Positions 9,334 through 19,929 of a DNA stretch of 64,000 nt are shown here, one piece after another (the stretch's first letter is position 1; each line of letters opens with the position of its first letter). A program made the position numbers and the translations under genes. Where the stretch lies: the IMG/VR virus record IMGVR_UViG_3300031784_000003. One strand, given 5' to 3'. A model generated the notes under the pieces. It was not told the DNA's origin and did no database searches. It was given only the letters and a program-made list of their open reading frames with translations. The DNA is from a virus. Lineage: Duplodnaviria; Caudoviricetes.

Positions 9334-10365
9334 ATGGGATTACCAAAAAATTATAGAAAATATGTTAATATCACCCCTCACAAACAAGGTTTTGAACAGA
9401 GGCAGAGTATTCTTGATGATATCGCTAATAAAGGGACATATCTCCCTAAAGGGATACTTCACGAAGATATGGATGGTGAAATGATTAATTATATTACTAA
9501 CGATATAGATTTAAGTTTGGCTGGTGAAAAAGTACCTGTCATATTTTTAAGTACACAAAGATGGGCTGAATTTTCTAAGACTTGGCAATATACTGATATA
9601 GATAAAAATATTAAATTACCTTTTATCACTATTGTTAGAAAACCTGACGCACAAAAAGGAACTAATTATGCTGGAAACTTCAATATACCAGGAAGACCTA
9701 CTTTTACTTATATGAAAGTACCAACATGGGATGGTAACCGAAGAGGGTATGACATTTATAAAATACCTCAACCTGTTTCTGTAGATATAATGTATGAAGT
9801 TAGACTTTTTTGTAACAGGATGAGAGATTTAAATCATATGAATACAAAAATGTTGACTTCTTTTTCTGCTTTAGAAAAATATATTAAAGTTAACGGACAC
9901 CCAATACCTTTAATTTTAGATAGTGTTGGTGATGAAAGTTCTATTAGTAATTTAGAAGAAAGAAAATATTACGTCCAACTATACACTATAAAAATGTTAG
10001 GATATTTATTAAATGAAGATGATTTTATAATTACACCTGCAATTAATAGGGCAGTTAATTTTTATGAAATTAGTGAAGAATTGTATAGGGCATCATATCA
10101 AGTTAATTTAGATACAAAAAATAATGGTATTTGTATTAACATACTTTTTAATGCTGGGATAAACAATGTTACAATACCAATAGATATTGATGCAGAATAT
10201 ACGAATGTAAATTTTACAAATACAAATTCAGTTTTATTTAAGAAAAATGGTAATATAGTTACATTACCATTTACTATTAATAATGGAGATAATCTTTACA
10301 TCAAAGTAAATAAAACTGATGTAACTAAAACTTCAGAGATAGAATTAAGTGGTATACTATTATGA
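9334..10365 (+). CDS. gp15: Tail terminator/sheath stabiliser, T4 gp15-like
   Basis: KLPFITIVR…PQPVSVDIMYEVRLF…DLNHM pattern plus gene order. Confidence 0.7.
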   Translation: MGLPKNYRKYVNITPHKQGFEQRQSILDDIANKGTYLPKGILHEDMDGEMINYITNDIDLSLAGEKVPVIFLSTQRWAEFSKTWQYTDIDKNIKLPFITIVRKPDAQKGTNYAGNFNIPGRPTFTYMKVPTWDGNRRGYDIYKIPQPVSVDIMYEVRLFCNRMRDLNHMNTKMLTSFSALEKYIKVNGHPIPLILDSVGDESSISNLEERKYYVQLYTIKMLGYLLNEDDFIITPAINRAVNFYEISEELYRASYQVNLDTKNNGICINILFNAGINNVTIPIDIDAEYTNVNFTNTNSVLFKKNGNIVTLPFTINNGDNLYIKVNKTDVTKTSEIELSGILL

Positions 10366-10736
10366 GTAGTTGTGATAACTCAAATATAAGACAAAATTAT
10401 ATTGTAACAAACACAAATGAGTTTGATACTTTTACTGCCTGTACAGGTATATGGACTTCCAATATTTATGGATGTTCCCCTATTACCATTCAAGATCAAT
10501 TAAATTTGAATGGAGATGTATTACCAAATTCTGATAGTACAATAAATTTAGGTTCGACATTAAATAGATTTAGAAACATAAACACAGTTAGTGGAACTTC
10601 TTCTATATGGACTTCTACTGTTAAAGTTATAACACCTTCAGTAGATTTAGGTTTGGATTCAAATAATGAATCTAGAGTTATAAATGCAAACAATTCAATA
10701 TTACAAGACGATATATTAATGGGTGGAACTTTTTAA
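10362..10736 (+). CDS. Small virion protein (fibre-associated)
   Basis: Thr/Ser/Asn-rich; C-terminus DDILMGGTF is shared with the next ORF. Confidence 0.55.
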   Translation: MSSCDNSNIRQNYIVTNTNEFDTFTACTGIWTSNIYGCSPITIQDQLNLNGDVLPNSDSTINLGSTLNRFRNINTVSGTSSIWTSTVKVITPSVDLGLDSNNESRVINANNSILQDDILMGGTF

Positions 10737-10767
10737 AATAATAAAATACTTATAAATAAAAACAAAA

Positions 10768-12342
10768 ATGGGGATAAGACAAACTAGATTTCAGATTAAA
10801 AATAATACGGTACCAAACGCACCTTTTTCAGGGGCAACGTTACTTGTTGGTGAACCTATTGTAAACACTGCAGATGGTATTTTGATGTTTTCAGGAAAAA
10901 CATCTTCAACTACAGAATGGACACCTGCAGGTTCTGGGGCAAATTCAAACTTTTTTGAGGTTGGTTCTAACCTTTATCAATTAAAAATTAGAGATAAAAT
11001 AACATCTTATGGTGGTGTATCTAATCTTACAGGTAAATTCTTATCAGGAACTACTAATGGTTTTGTGTTAGCAGATATTACTGGAATTGTCGGTGTTGAT
11101 AGTTATGTAACTGGATTTACTTATAACGATAATAATGTATTAACAATTAAACAAAACGAAGGTAAACCAGATTTAACTGCGACTATTAACACAATGTCAG
11201 GTTTAACAGTTAATGGAACATTGTCTGCAACAACAATAAATGTTAGTACTTTGAATACAACTAGTGGTAGTATAACTACTGCACCTAGTAACCCAAATGA
11301 TATTGTTAATTATAGTACATTAACGTCTTTTACACAAAATACTGATGTTTATGTTACTGGTAGTACATTAAATGCTGCTAATAATAATACTAACACACAA
11401 AGTGCTCAATTAGACTATCACGGTACTCCTATTGGTGGTCCTCATTTTATTACAACTCAAAATACATTTACTACTGGTGGTACTTTCTCCAATTCAACTA
11501 AATTAATCACTTTTAAAAGAAACGATGGTACAACTGGATATACAGTTGATTTGAGTAATATCGATATTAATGACACATATGTTACGGGTGGTACGATTAC
11601 AACCTCACCATCTAACAGTAGTATTAACGGTACAATTGGGTTATTATATAATCAAGATATTGCACCTAGTACCTACACATTACCATTTACTGATGTATTT
11701 ACAACTGGATTTACTTATAACCCTACAACAAATACATTTACAATTAAAGATAATAACGGAAACTCATTTAACCAATCATTTAACACAGTTTCTGGTTTAA
11801 CAGTAAGTAACTTAACTTCTGGTAGAGTGGTTTACGTTGGAACAAGTGGGTTATTAACTGATGAGGCAGGATTTACATATGATTCAGGTACAAATACATT
11901 TAGTGTACCTTCCGATGGTTCTGTTAGTGTTGGTACAGGTGGTTTATCAGTTGCGGGTGACGCAGTAATTCAGGGATCATTAACTGTATTCGGACCTTCT
12001 ATTTCAGCATTTACATCTCAATTGTATGTAGAAGACGATAACATCACACTTAACTATAATCCAACAGGTAATACAACCTCAACATCTGTAGGTGCAGGTT
12101 GGACAATTCAAGATGGATCTGGAATTGCTAATACCGCAACCACATTAAATATTGGTGTTTCATATAATAATAGTAATTTATCCCCTAATACAGAATATAC
12201 CTCATCAGTAGGGAATTCGAATAGAAACTTGTTTACTCAGGTTGGTGATATTATAATTAGAAATACTAACTACGATAAAAATTCTCCTGATGGTAACAGA
12301 GTTTTGGCGGAAGGTGATATTTTAGACGGAGGAACTTATTAA
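10768..12342 (+). CDS. Tail fibre-like protein 1
   Basis: N-terminal FQIKNNTVP…LLVGEPIVNTAD resembles the T4 gp37 N-terminal motif; repeats of DxYVTGxT/DVFTTGFTY; Thr/Gly-rich. Confidence 0.75.
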   Translation: MGIRQTRFQIKNNTVPNAPFSGATLLVGEPIVNTADGILMFSGKTSSTTEWTPAGSGANSNFFEVGSNLYQLKIRDKITSYGGVSNLTGKFLSGTTNGFVLADITGIVGVDSYVTGFTYNDNNVLTIKQNEGKPDLTATINTMSGLTVNGTLSATTINVSTLNTTSGSITTAPSNPNDIVNYSTLTSFTQNTDVYVTGSTLNAANNNTNTQSAQLDYHGTPIGGPHFITTQNTFTTGGTFSNSTKLITFKRNDGTTGYTVDLSNIDINDTYVTGGTITTSPSNSSINGTIGLLYNQDIAPSTYTLPFTDVFTTGFTYNPTTNTFTIKDNNGNSFNQSFNTVSGLTVSNLTSGRVVYVGTSGLLTDEAGFTYDSGTNTFSVPSDGSVSVGTGGLSVAGDAVIQGSLTVFGPSISAFTSQLYVEDDNITLNYNPTGNTTSTSVGAGWTIQDGSGIANTATTLNIGVSYNNSNLSPNTEYTSSVGNSNRNLFTQVGDIIIRNTNYDKNSPDGNRVLAEGDILDGGTY

Positions 12343-12361
12343 TAATAAAACTATATTTTAT

Positions 12362-12395
12362 AAAAAAGGAAAGAATAATCTTTCCTTTTTTTTTT
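12362..12395 (+). terminator. Intrinsic terminator
   Basis: AAAAAAGGAAAGA-ATAA-TCTTTCCTTTTTT stem followed by a T run. Confidence 0.85.
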
Positions 12396-12460
12396 ATCAT
12401 AATATTTATTAATTGAGGTTATATAATCTCATTATAATATTTTTAAATAAAGTCATAAAT

Positions 12461-15400
12461 ATGGCAAAAAGACAAACGACATTTCTTTTAAAAAGATCAA
12501 ATATTCCTGGAAAAATACCTCCTTCTAGTGGGTTAACATCGGGAGAATTAGCACTAAATACTGCAGACGCAATATTATATACATCAGGATCAACATCAGG
12601 CACTATATTACCTATAGGTTGGGACAGAGTTTCTAGGACTGGTGATACAATGACAGGTTCTTTATACTCACCTTCTATTTCTGCAACAACAATATCTGCA
12701 ACCACTTATCTTAATTTACCACCTTTTTCTGGTGATTATTTACCTTTGAGTGGTGGTACAGTGTATGGTAATTCATATTTTACCAATGGTTTAACTGCAA
12801 ATACCTTAAATGTAACTGGTTTAACACAAACTAATGGAATCACATCAACTGGTGGAGTTACATTTAAACAAGTAACTATAAACAGTACATATTCTGCAAC
12901 TACGCAGGATTATATGATTGACGTTACGGGTGGAACATTTACTGTTTATTTACCATCAGCAGTCGGAATACAAGGTAGGTTATTAGTTATTAAAAACAAT
13001 GGTGGTGGTGCGGTAACGGTACAACCAATTTTAGGTCAAGATATAGATGGTAAACCATTAGTAATCTTAGGTGAAACAAACACAATACAATTGGCAAGTA
13101 ATGGGTCTGAATGGGTTGCAATATCTTATAACATATCGACAGTTAACTCATCAACAGGTGTATTTGAATTTACAGGTTTAACTATCGCGTCACCAACAAC
13201 ATTTACTGTTGCCCCTGTTAAGGGTTGGATTGTTGATGATACGACAAATCCATTAAGTCCCCAATTATATTATGTTGTTTATAGTGGTGGTACTCATACC
13301 GCAACATATGTTACTACCGCAACTGAAACTTGGGTTTACTTAACAAGTGGTGGTACTATTAGTCAATCAAATATCGAGTTAACTGAACAACAGAGAAGAG
13401 AAAATATATTTTTAGGTAAATTAGGTCATGCTAATAAAACAAATATTATTAACGCTTTTAGTCAACCTGATTTTGTATTATCACCATTATCCCAACTTAG
13501 GGATATGTTTACACCTATAAATCTTATAAATGGGGGGGTGTACGCATCACCTAATGGTGTTAATTTAAGTTTTAATACAAGTGCGGGTTATCTTTATGGT
13601 TTAGGTATTAATTTCGCATCAAGCACTTTAAATCCAAATACTATATATGTTAGTGGTAATTCACCAACAACATTCCAATATAGAACACAAACAGGTGGGA
13701 CATCATCAAATACTACATTTATTGACCCAACAAAATATGATGTTGGTGGTGTTGTTACGTCAATTTCAGGTACAAAGGCTACCAACCAAAGAATTTATTT
13801 GGTTCAGAACGGTATAATTAGGGTTCAATATGGTCAAACAGAATATCAACAGTTAACTGCGGCAATTGAAGGTATTGCAACAGAACAATTTAACACATTT
13901 AGTAATTTTACAAATAATGGAATTTTAATAGGTGTATTATCTGTTTTAAGTACTGCAACTGATTTAAGTGATACGTCTAAAGCACGTTTCTTTTTCACCT
14001 CAAAATTTGGTGAGACAGTTGGATCCGCTGGTGGTGTGTCAACAACTACATTACAACAAGCATACAACAACTCTGTAAACCCAGAAATAACTACAAATTC
14101 AACGTTAGGTGCGTTATCTATAAAGAATGGTACAGGAAATAATGATAATGTAACTAATTTAATAGAAGGTTTAAATACTGCAGGAAATACTACATCATTT
14201 ATAAGATATGATGGTTATATTTCTGGTACAACAGTAGTATCAAATACGATATCAGCAACAACAGTAACTTCTAGTGGTAATATTAGTGGATTTACATTGG
14301 TTTCAACACAATCGATAAATGATGAAGGTGGTGAGATTAAATTAGCAACACCTCAAACAAACTCTACATTGAATGGTGGTAATATAACTTTTGACGTTTA
14401 TCAAAATAGATTAAGATTTTTTGAATCTGGAGGATCAAATAGAGGTGTTTATATTGATTTAACTGCTGCATCTACTGGTGTAGGTACTAACCTATTGTCA
14501 GGAGGTGGTGGTGAAATCAATACTGCGTCAAACTTAGGTGCGGGTACTGGTTTATTCGCACAAAAATCAGCTGCCGATTTACAATTCAAATCATTAACAT
14601 CTACAGGTGGTACAGTAACTATATCAAATGACGCAAATACAGTTAATTTAGAAGTTATTCCATCAAGTAATTTTACTGGTGGAACAGTTACTGGTTCAAC
14701 TATTTTTACAAATGGGTTAAGTGCTAACACAATATCTGCTACAACATATCAAAATTTACCATTTTCTGGTAATGTGATTGGTAATGGTACTGCAAATTAT
14801 TTACCTAAATGGACAGGTACAACAGGTTTAAGTAATAGTATAATACAAGATAATGGCACGAATATAGGAATTGGTAATATACCAAATTCATCGTATAAAG
14901 TTATTGTTTATGGTGGTGGTATTAATGCAGTATACGGTAGTGCATCAGCCTCAAATAAATATGGTATTGTTGGTACAAACTTTGCTGATGATGATGGTAC
15001 TTATATTGGTGGTTATTTTGCGGCTAGTCCAAATGATACACCTATAAGTTCAAATGATTATATAGGTGCTAAAATGGTTGCTGATGGTTTTGCTTCAGCA
15101 AATGCATATTCTGTTCAATTACAAGACGGAACTGAAGGTATAAATAAAGTATTGACATCTCAAACATCGGATGGTAAAGCCAACTGGAGTAGTGTGCTAT
15201 CTGGATTAACTGAAGTTTATACAAATACTATATCAGCTACAACATATCAAAATTTACCAATCAATGTAAGGGTAACTGGCGCAACCTATACTAATAACAC
15301 ATTTACGTATACAAATAACACTGGTGGTACATTTGATGTATTGTTTAATACTGTAACTGGATTAACATCAACAGGTGACATTCAAACAACTACTTTAAGT

Positions 15401-16174
15401 GCTACCTCTATAACTGCCGATACTGTTACTACATTTATACCAGCTTTTGCACCGCAAGAAATTTTTAGGGGTGTAACATTTTCAAATAACTCAACTACAG
15501 TGACCACTTCTGCAGGTATAACTATGTCAACAACTGCATCTAACTTAGCAGTATCAGTTTCTTCTACTGATTTTTCTACTAAACAAATCCGTTTAAGATA
15601 TTATAGTACTACTGTTAGTGGTGGTCGATATACTGGAACTAGAGGTTCTGCGTTATTATGGTATATTCATGGTGGTTTTAGATACATATGTGATTTTAGA
15701 ATATCTGATACTTCTTACGCTAGTGATTGTCAACAATTTTATGGTATGGCGGGACAAACAACAGATTTGGCTTATGGTGGTGTTGGTTTAACACAAGTTA
15801 GTACCCTAACCAACCTAATAGGTGTTGGTAATGATGGTTCAGACGCAAATTTACAAATAATACACAATGATTCGAGTGGTAATGCCACTAAAATTGATTT
15901 AGGTGCTGATTTCCCATCAAATAGAACAGTTGGTGCCGCATCAAGTACTATGTATAGTGTTACATTATATAACCCACCTACATCAAGTAATGTTAGGTAT
16001 ATGGTGGTAAATAATGGAACAGGTGCAGTTGCTATGGGTGAAATAACAACAAACTTACCATCAACAACACAAGGATTAAACTTTTTTGCGAGTAGAGCAA
16101 TGGGCGGTTCTGGAGGTGTTACTGGTTCAGGTCAGTTTGAATTATCAAAATTAGGAGTTAATTCTTTATTATAA
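12461..16174 (+). CDS. Long tail fibre-like protein 2
   Basis: Likely start is ATG 12461 (MAKRQTTFLLKRSNIPGKIP…LTSGELALNTAD, gp37-type N-terminus), not 12413. Three TISATTY.NLP repeats; mosaic beta-rich modules. Confidence 0.8.
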   Translation: MAKRQTTFLLKRSNIPGKIPPSSGLTSGELALNTADAILYTSGSTSGTILPIGWDRVSRTGDTMTGSLYSPSISATTISATTYLNLPPFSGDYLPLSGGTVYGNSYFTNGLTANTLNVTGLTQTNGITSTGGVTFKQVTINSTYSATTQDYMIDVTGGTFTVYLPSAVGIQGRLLVIKNNGGGAVTVQPILGQDIDGKPLVILGETNTIQLASNGSEWVAISYNISTVNSSTGVFEFTGLTIASPTTFTVAPVKGWIVDDTTNPLSPQLYYVVYSGGTHTATYVTTATETWVYLTSGGTISQSNIELTEQQRRENIFLGKLGHANKTNIINAFSQPDFVLSPLSQLRDMFTPINLINGGVYASPNGVNLSFNTSAGYLYGLGINFASSTLNPNTIYVSGNSPTTFQYRTQTGGTSSNTTFIDPTKYDVGGVVTSISGTKATNQRIYLVQNGIIRVQYGQTEYQQLTAAIEGIATEQFNTFSNFTNNGILIGVLSVLSTATDLSDTSKARFFFTSKFGETVGSAGGVSTTTLQQAYNNSVNPEITTNSTLGALSIKNGTGNNDNVTNLIEGLNTAGNTTSFIRYDGYISGTTVVSNTISATTVTSSGNISGFTLVSTQSINDEGGEIKLATPQTNSTLNGGNITFDVYQNRLRFFESGGSNRGVYIDLTAASTGVGTNLLSGGGGEINTASNLGAGTGLFAQKSAADLQFKSLTSTGGTVTISNDANTVNLEVIPSSNFTGGTVTGSTIFTNGLSANTISATTYQNLPFSGNVIGNGTANYLPKWTGTTGLSNSIIQDNGTNIGIGNIPNSSYKVIVYGGGINAVYGSASASNKYGIVGTNFADDDGTYIGGYFAASPNDTPISSNDYIGAKMVADGFASANAYSVQLQDGTEGINKVLTSQTSDGKANWSSVLSGLTEVYTNTISATTYQNLPINVRVTGATYTNNTFTYTNNTGGTFDVLFNTVTGLTSTGDIQTTTLSATSITADTVTTFIPAFAPQEIFRGVTFSNNSTTVTTSAGITMSTTASNLAVSVSSTDFSTKQIRLRYYSTTVSGGRYTGTRGSALLWYIHGGFRYICDFRISDTSYASDCQQFYGMAGQTTDLAYGGVGLTQVSTLTNLIGVGNDGSDANLQIIHNDSSGNATKIDLGADFPSNRTVGAASSTMYSVTLYNPPTSSNVRYMVVNNGTGAVAMGEITTNLPSTTQGLNFFASRAMGGSGGVTGSGQFELSKLGVNSLL

Positions 16175-16176
16175 TT

Positions 16177-16419
16177 ATGGAAAAATTTACATTAACGTCA
16201 ACATATATAATTGAAGATGATTTAGAAGTGAATGTTTGTTTAAAACCTTCTAGTGATTTGATAGATGCTTATATTGCAACATATAGGGTATACCCTAACG
16301 AAGGGGAAGCATTAATAGACATACCTTTTTTTATTGAGGAGATGACCCCACTATTATTTCACGATTTTAAAAATATGGATAATGTGCCTATCGAAATAAG
16401 AGATCAATTTGAGTTATAA
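16177..16419 (+). CDS. Small protein following the fibre (possible fibre assembly chaperone)
   Basis: 80-aa acidic ORF starting 2 nt after the fibre stop; function inferred from position only. Confidence 0.5.
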   Translation: MEKFTLTSTYIIEDDLEVNVCLKPSSDLIDAYIATYRVYPNEGEALIDIPFFIEEMTPLLFHDFKNMDNVPIEIRDQFEL

Positions 16420-16572
16420 TTAATCCTCACCGTACAAATCAGTTTTAGGTTTACATTTTTCTTTAATTAATTTTTCTACAAAGGCGAACATCTTTAATCC
16501 ATTCTTTTCACAATAATCTTTTAACATTTTATGTGTCTGAGGGGTTATTTTCAAATTTTTGTCACGTTTCAT
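16420..16572 (-). CDS. Ribbon-helix-helix (CopG/Arc-like) DNA-binding protein, 50 aa
   Basis: Manual translation: MKRDKNLKITPQTHKMLKDYCEKNGLKMFAFVEKLIKEKCKPKTDLYGED. Shows a beta strand (NLKI), helix A, a Gly turn and helix B. Below the ORF-track size cutoff. Confidence 0.75.
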   Translation of the reverse strand: MKRDKNLKITPQTHKMLKDYCEKNGLKMFAFVEKLIKEKCKPKTDLYGED

Positions 16573-16585
16573 ATTATTTTTATAT

Positions 16586-16634
16586 ATAAGTATGATAAAA
16601 GTATGATAAAAGACATACTAAATTTATTTATCAT
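16586..16634. promoter_or_regulatory. Candidate RHH operator overlapping its promoter box
   Basis: Tandem AAGTATGATAA at 16588-16598 and 16599-16609; inverted CATACT at 16614-16619 and TTATCAT at 16628-16634; ATACTTAT on the minus strand at 16586-16593. Confidence 0.5.
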
Positions 16635-16717
16635 CCTATAAAAAACATTTTTTCTAAAAAAACAATATATTTATATTAAAAGAAAATAATAAATAATAAG
16701 AAAAAAAAATAAATTAA

Positions 16718-19567
16718 ATGGCATCAACAGACAGAATTTTTGTGAGTCCTGGGGTTTTTACTTCTGAAAAGGACTTAACATTCGTAACTAGACAAGTTGG
16801 GGTTACTACATTGGGTTTATTAGGTGAAACACCTAAAGGTCCAGCGTTTGAACCAGTCTTCATTTCTAATTACGATGAATTCATTAGTTATTTTGGTGGG
16901 TTAAATCCTGAAAAATTTAAGGCTAATGGTTTTAATAAGTATGAATTAAATTATATTGCAAAATCATATCTAACCCAAACTAATCAATTATATGTAAGTA
17001 GAGTTTTAGGTTTATCAGGTTATAAGGCAGGAAATGCTTGGTGTATCACATTAGATTCATCAGCTGACCCATCTACTACGGCTATTACTAATACAACATC
17101 TTACGCACTTTTATTAACGTATTCTGCTACAACTGCAGGTACACCAGTTTCAGTGACATTCAACTCACCTGTTTTAACATCACTTTACAATGATGGACAA
17201 ATTGATGGGTTATTTACTTCGGTAGGGTTACTTAGTGTAGGGGATAGTATTTCAATCACTGATCCAGAATATGTAAAAACAGGATCTAGTTTTAGTGGTG
17301 CTACTTTTGATATGGAAGTTATCACTAAAGGAAGTGGTGGTTCGGGATATGTAACAGGAACAACTAGTGGTACTGTTGTCACATACACTGCCTCTGCTTA
17401 CGCAGATATTGATGGTAGTGTTATCGCTACTTTAAGATCTAGAGCTTCTTATGATGGTACAGAAACATTAACATATGAAGTAACTGGTGCAACTGATACA
17501 GTTATGACAAATACTTCGTTTATTACATCTGATCCATTAGCATCATTTAATATTACAGGTACAACTTATAATGGTAACACCTTCAACTATGAAGTTTCTT
17601 TAGATAGAACTAAAAAGAATTTCTTACCGAGAGTATTTGGACAATCTACACAAGATAAAGAAACAGAATTATTCGTTGAGGAAATTTATGGAAATGTATT
17701 AGAAGATTTAATAAGTGCTGGTAAAGTAAGAGGATTAGATACTTCATTTGTAAACATTGGTTCTACAACTACAAATAACTTAAATAACTATTTAGAAGGT
17801 TGGAAAACTGCAGTATCTCCTTGGGTTCTTTCAGAAGTAAAAGGTACAGGTGCAGGATCGACATTACAAAGATTATTTAGATTTGTAACAATATCTGATG
17901 GTAACACTGCAAACAAAGATGTTAAATTTTCAATTATAAACATTCAACCAGATAATAAAACATTTGACTTATTAGTAAGAAAGTATGGTGATACGGATGC
18001 AAATCCTAACATAGTTGAGAAATATTCATCACTTTCTATGGACAGTAATTCAAGTGGATATATTGCTAGAAAAATAGGTACAACTGATGGAGAATTTCCA
18101 TTAAGAAGTAAATATATAATGGTAGAACTTTGGGACGGTAACGATCCAGATTTAGGAAACCACTTCCCTGCAGGGTTTGAAGGTTTCTTAAATAGAACAT
18201 ATATTGGTTCTAACAGAACGGCATTACCACCAAAAATAGAATATAAAACACAATATAACGATTTCAACACATCTAAATTAAGAAAAACTTATTTAGGTTT
18301 AAATAGTGATATCGGTGTGGATCAAGACTTCTTTAATTATAAAGGTGTAAATGCAGTTAACAATGGTGTTTACACAGGAAGAACGGCAGGATTCCACTTA
18401 GATGTTAACGCAACTAATTCATTAATCGATTTAGGTTCTGAAAGTTATGTTCCTACACTACAAGTTGGTATATCAGCATTTACTACAGACCTTTCTTTAA
18501 TAGGTGGTCCATATGAAAAAGTGGCAGCGAGAAAATTCACATTCACATCTTATGGTGGATGGGACGGATGGGACGAATACAGAACCAAAAGAACTAACGG
18601 TGATTCATACACTAAGGCAGGAACAAAAGGAGCATTAGGTTTATCTAAAGGATTATTTAATACATTTGTAACTTCTGAAGGTGATGAAGGTATTACTTCT
18701 GATTACTACGCATTTTTAAATGGTATATATACTTATAACAATCCTGAGGCAGTAAATATTAACGTATTCGCAACACCAGGTATTGATTTAAGAGATAACA
18801 TCAGTTTAGTTGAAAATGCAGTTGACGTAATAGAAAACGATAGAGCGGATTCATTGTATATTATTACAACACCAGATGTTGATTCAGATGGTTTAGCAAT
18901 ATCTGCAGATGAGGCAGTATCTATAGTTGAGGATTCTGGTATCGACTCAAATTATTCCGCTACATACTGGCCTTGGTTACAGATGGTAGATAGTGAAAAC
19001 AATAGATACGTTTGGATACCACCAACAGTAGAAGTTGTTAGAAATATCGCATTAACAGATAACGTAGCGTTCCCTTGGTTCGCAGCAGCAGGTTTAAACA
19101 GAGGTACAACTACCGCAGTTAAGGCTAGAGTAAAACTTAAATTAGACGATAGAGATGATCTTTACGCTGGTAGAATTAACCCTATGGCAACATTCTCAGA
19201 TGTAGGTGTGGTGATATTTGGTAACAAAACATTACAAGTTAGAGAAAGTGCACTTAATAGAATAAACGTAAGAAGATTATTACTACAAGCAAGAAAACTT
19301 ATTTCCGCAGTATCTATCAGATTACTATTCGAACAAAATGATGCGGTTGTTAGAAACCAATTCCTAAGTTTAGTAAACCCTATTTTAGATAACATCAGAA
19401 AAGAAAGAGGTTTAACTGATTTTAGAGTAACATTAGACGATACACCTGAATCTATTGACAGAAATGAATTAAATGGTAGAATTTTTATTAAACCTACAAG
19501 ATCATTAGAATTTATCTCAATAGAGTTTAACATTACTAACACAGGTGCAAGCTTTGATAATATATAA
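16718..19567 (+). CDS. gp18: Contractile tail sheath protein (T4 gp18-like)
   Basis: SPGVFTSEKD, GETPKGPAFEP, WFAAAGLNRG, GRINP, IFGNKTL, RINVRRLL and LFEQND motifs. Confidence 0.95.
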   Translation: MASTDRIFVSPGVFTSEKDLTFVTRQVGVTTLGLLGETPKGPAFEPVFISNYDEFISYFGGLNPEKFKANGFNKYELNYIAKSYLTQTNQLYVSRVLGLSGYKAGNAWCITLDSSADPSTTAITNTTSYALLLTYSATTAGTPVSVTFNSPVLTSLYNDGQIDGLFTSVGLLSVGDSISITDPEYVKTGSSFSGATFDMEVITKGSGGSGYVTGTTSGTVVTYTASAYADIDGSVIATLRSRASYDGTETLTYEVTGATDTVMTNTSFITSDPLASFNITGTTYNGNTFNYEVSLDRTKKNFLPRVFGQSTQDKETELFVEEIYGNVLEDLISAGKVRGLDTSFVNIGSTTTNNLNNYLEGWKTAVSPWVLSEVKGTGAGSTLQRLFRFVTISDGNTANKDVKFSIINIQPDNKTFDLLVRKYGDTDANPNIVEKYSSLSMDSNSSGYIARKIGTTDGEFPLRSKYIMVELWDGNDPDLGNHFPAGFEGFLNRTYIGSNRTALPPKIEYKTQYNDFNTSKLRKTYLGLNSDIGVDQDFFNYKGVNAVNNGVYTGRTAGFHLDVNATNSLIDLGSESYVPTLQVGISAFTTDLSLIGGPYEKVAARKFTFTSYGGWDGWDEYRTKRTNGDSYTKAGTKGALGLSKGLFNTFVTSEGDEGITSDYYAFLNGIYTYNNPEAVNINVFATPGIDLRDNISLVENAVDVIENDRADSLYIITTPDVDSDGLAISADEAVSIVEDSGIDSNYSATYWPWLQMVDSENNRYVWIPPTVEVVRNIALTDNVAFPWFAAAGLNRGTTTAVKARVKLKLDDRDDLYAGRINPMATFSDVGVVIFGNKTLQVRESALNRINVRRLLLQARKLISAVSIRLLFEQNDAVVRNQFLSLVNPILDNIRKERGLTDFRVTLDDTPESIDRNELNGRIFIKPTRSLEFISIEFNITNTGASFDNI

Positions 19568-19575
19568 TAACAATA

Positions 19576-19600
19576 TGGGGGTTAATTACCCCCACTTTTT
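19576..19600 (+). terminator. Intrinsic terminator after the sheath gene
   Basis: TGGGGGT-TAATT-ACCCCCA then CTTTTT. Confidence 0.8.
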
Positions 19601-19615
19601 AAAAATAAAATAAAG

Positions 19616-19900
19616 ATGAAAATTAGAAAAAACGGACAAACAATCACTCTATCTGAATCAGATATGAAAAGAATTGTAAAAAAATTATTAAGAGAGGAAG
19701 CTGATCCTAAAGAAGATTTAGTTGTATGTTGTAAAACGGCAGGTATTAAACCACCTACATCATGTTTATCAGGAGACTATGCTAAATGTTTAGAAGAAGT
19801 AGGTAAAGTAATTATGACTGATCCTATTGGTGAAGGTATGAAGGCTATTGCAGCATTAAATTGTCTTAAAGAAAAAGCTAATTCACCAATTAAAAGTTAA
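19616..19900 (+). CDS. Small Cys-containing protein with LSESDMKRIV N-terminal tag
   Basis: MKIRKNGQTITLSESDMKRIVKKLLREE followed by a domain with 5 Cys. Confidence 0.7.
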   Translation: MKIRKNGQTITLSESDMKRIVKKLLREEADPKEDLVVCCKTAGIKPPTSCLSGDYAKCLEEVGKVIMTDPIGEGMKAIAALNCLKEKANSPIKS

Positions 19901-19929
19901 TAATATTAAAAAAAAATAAATAATAGAGT

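Noticed and set aside
12413-12460. Track start sites at 12413, 43347, 53325 and 5907
   Set aside because: Downstream ATGs (12461, 43431, 53298, 5901) fit motif boundaries, promoter positions and the signal peptide better.
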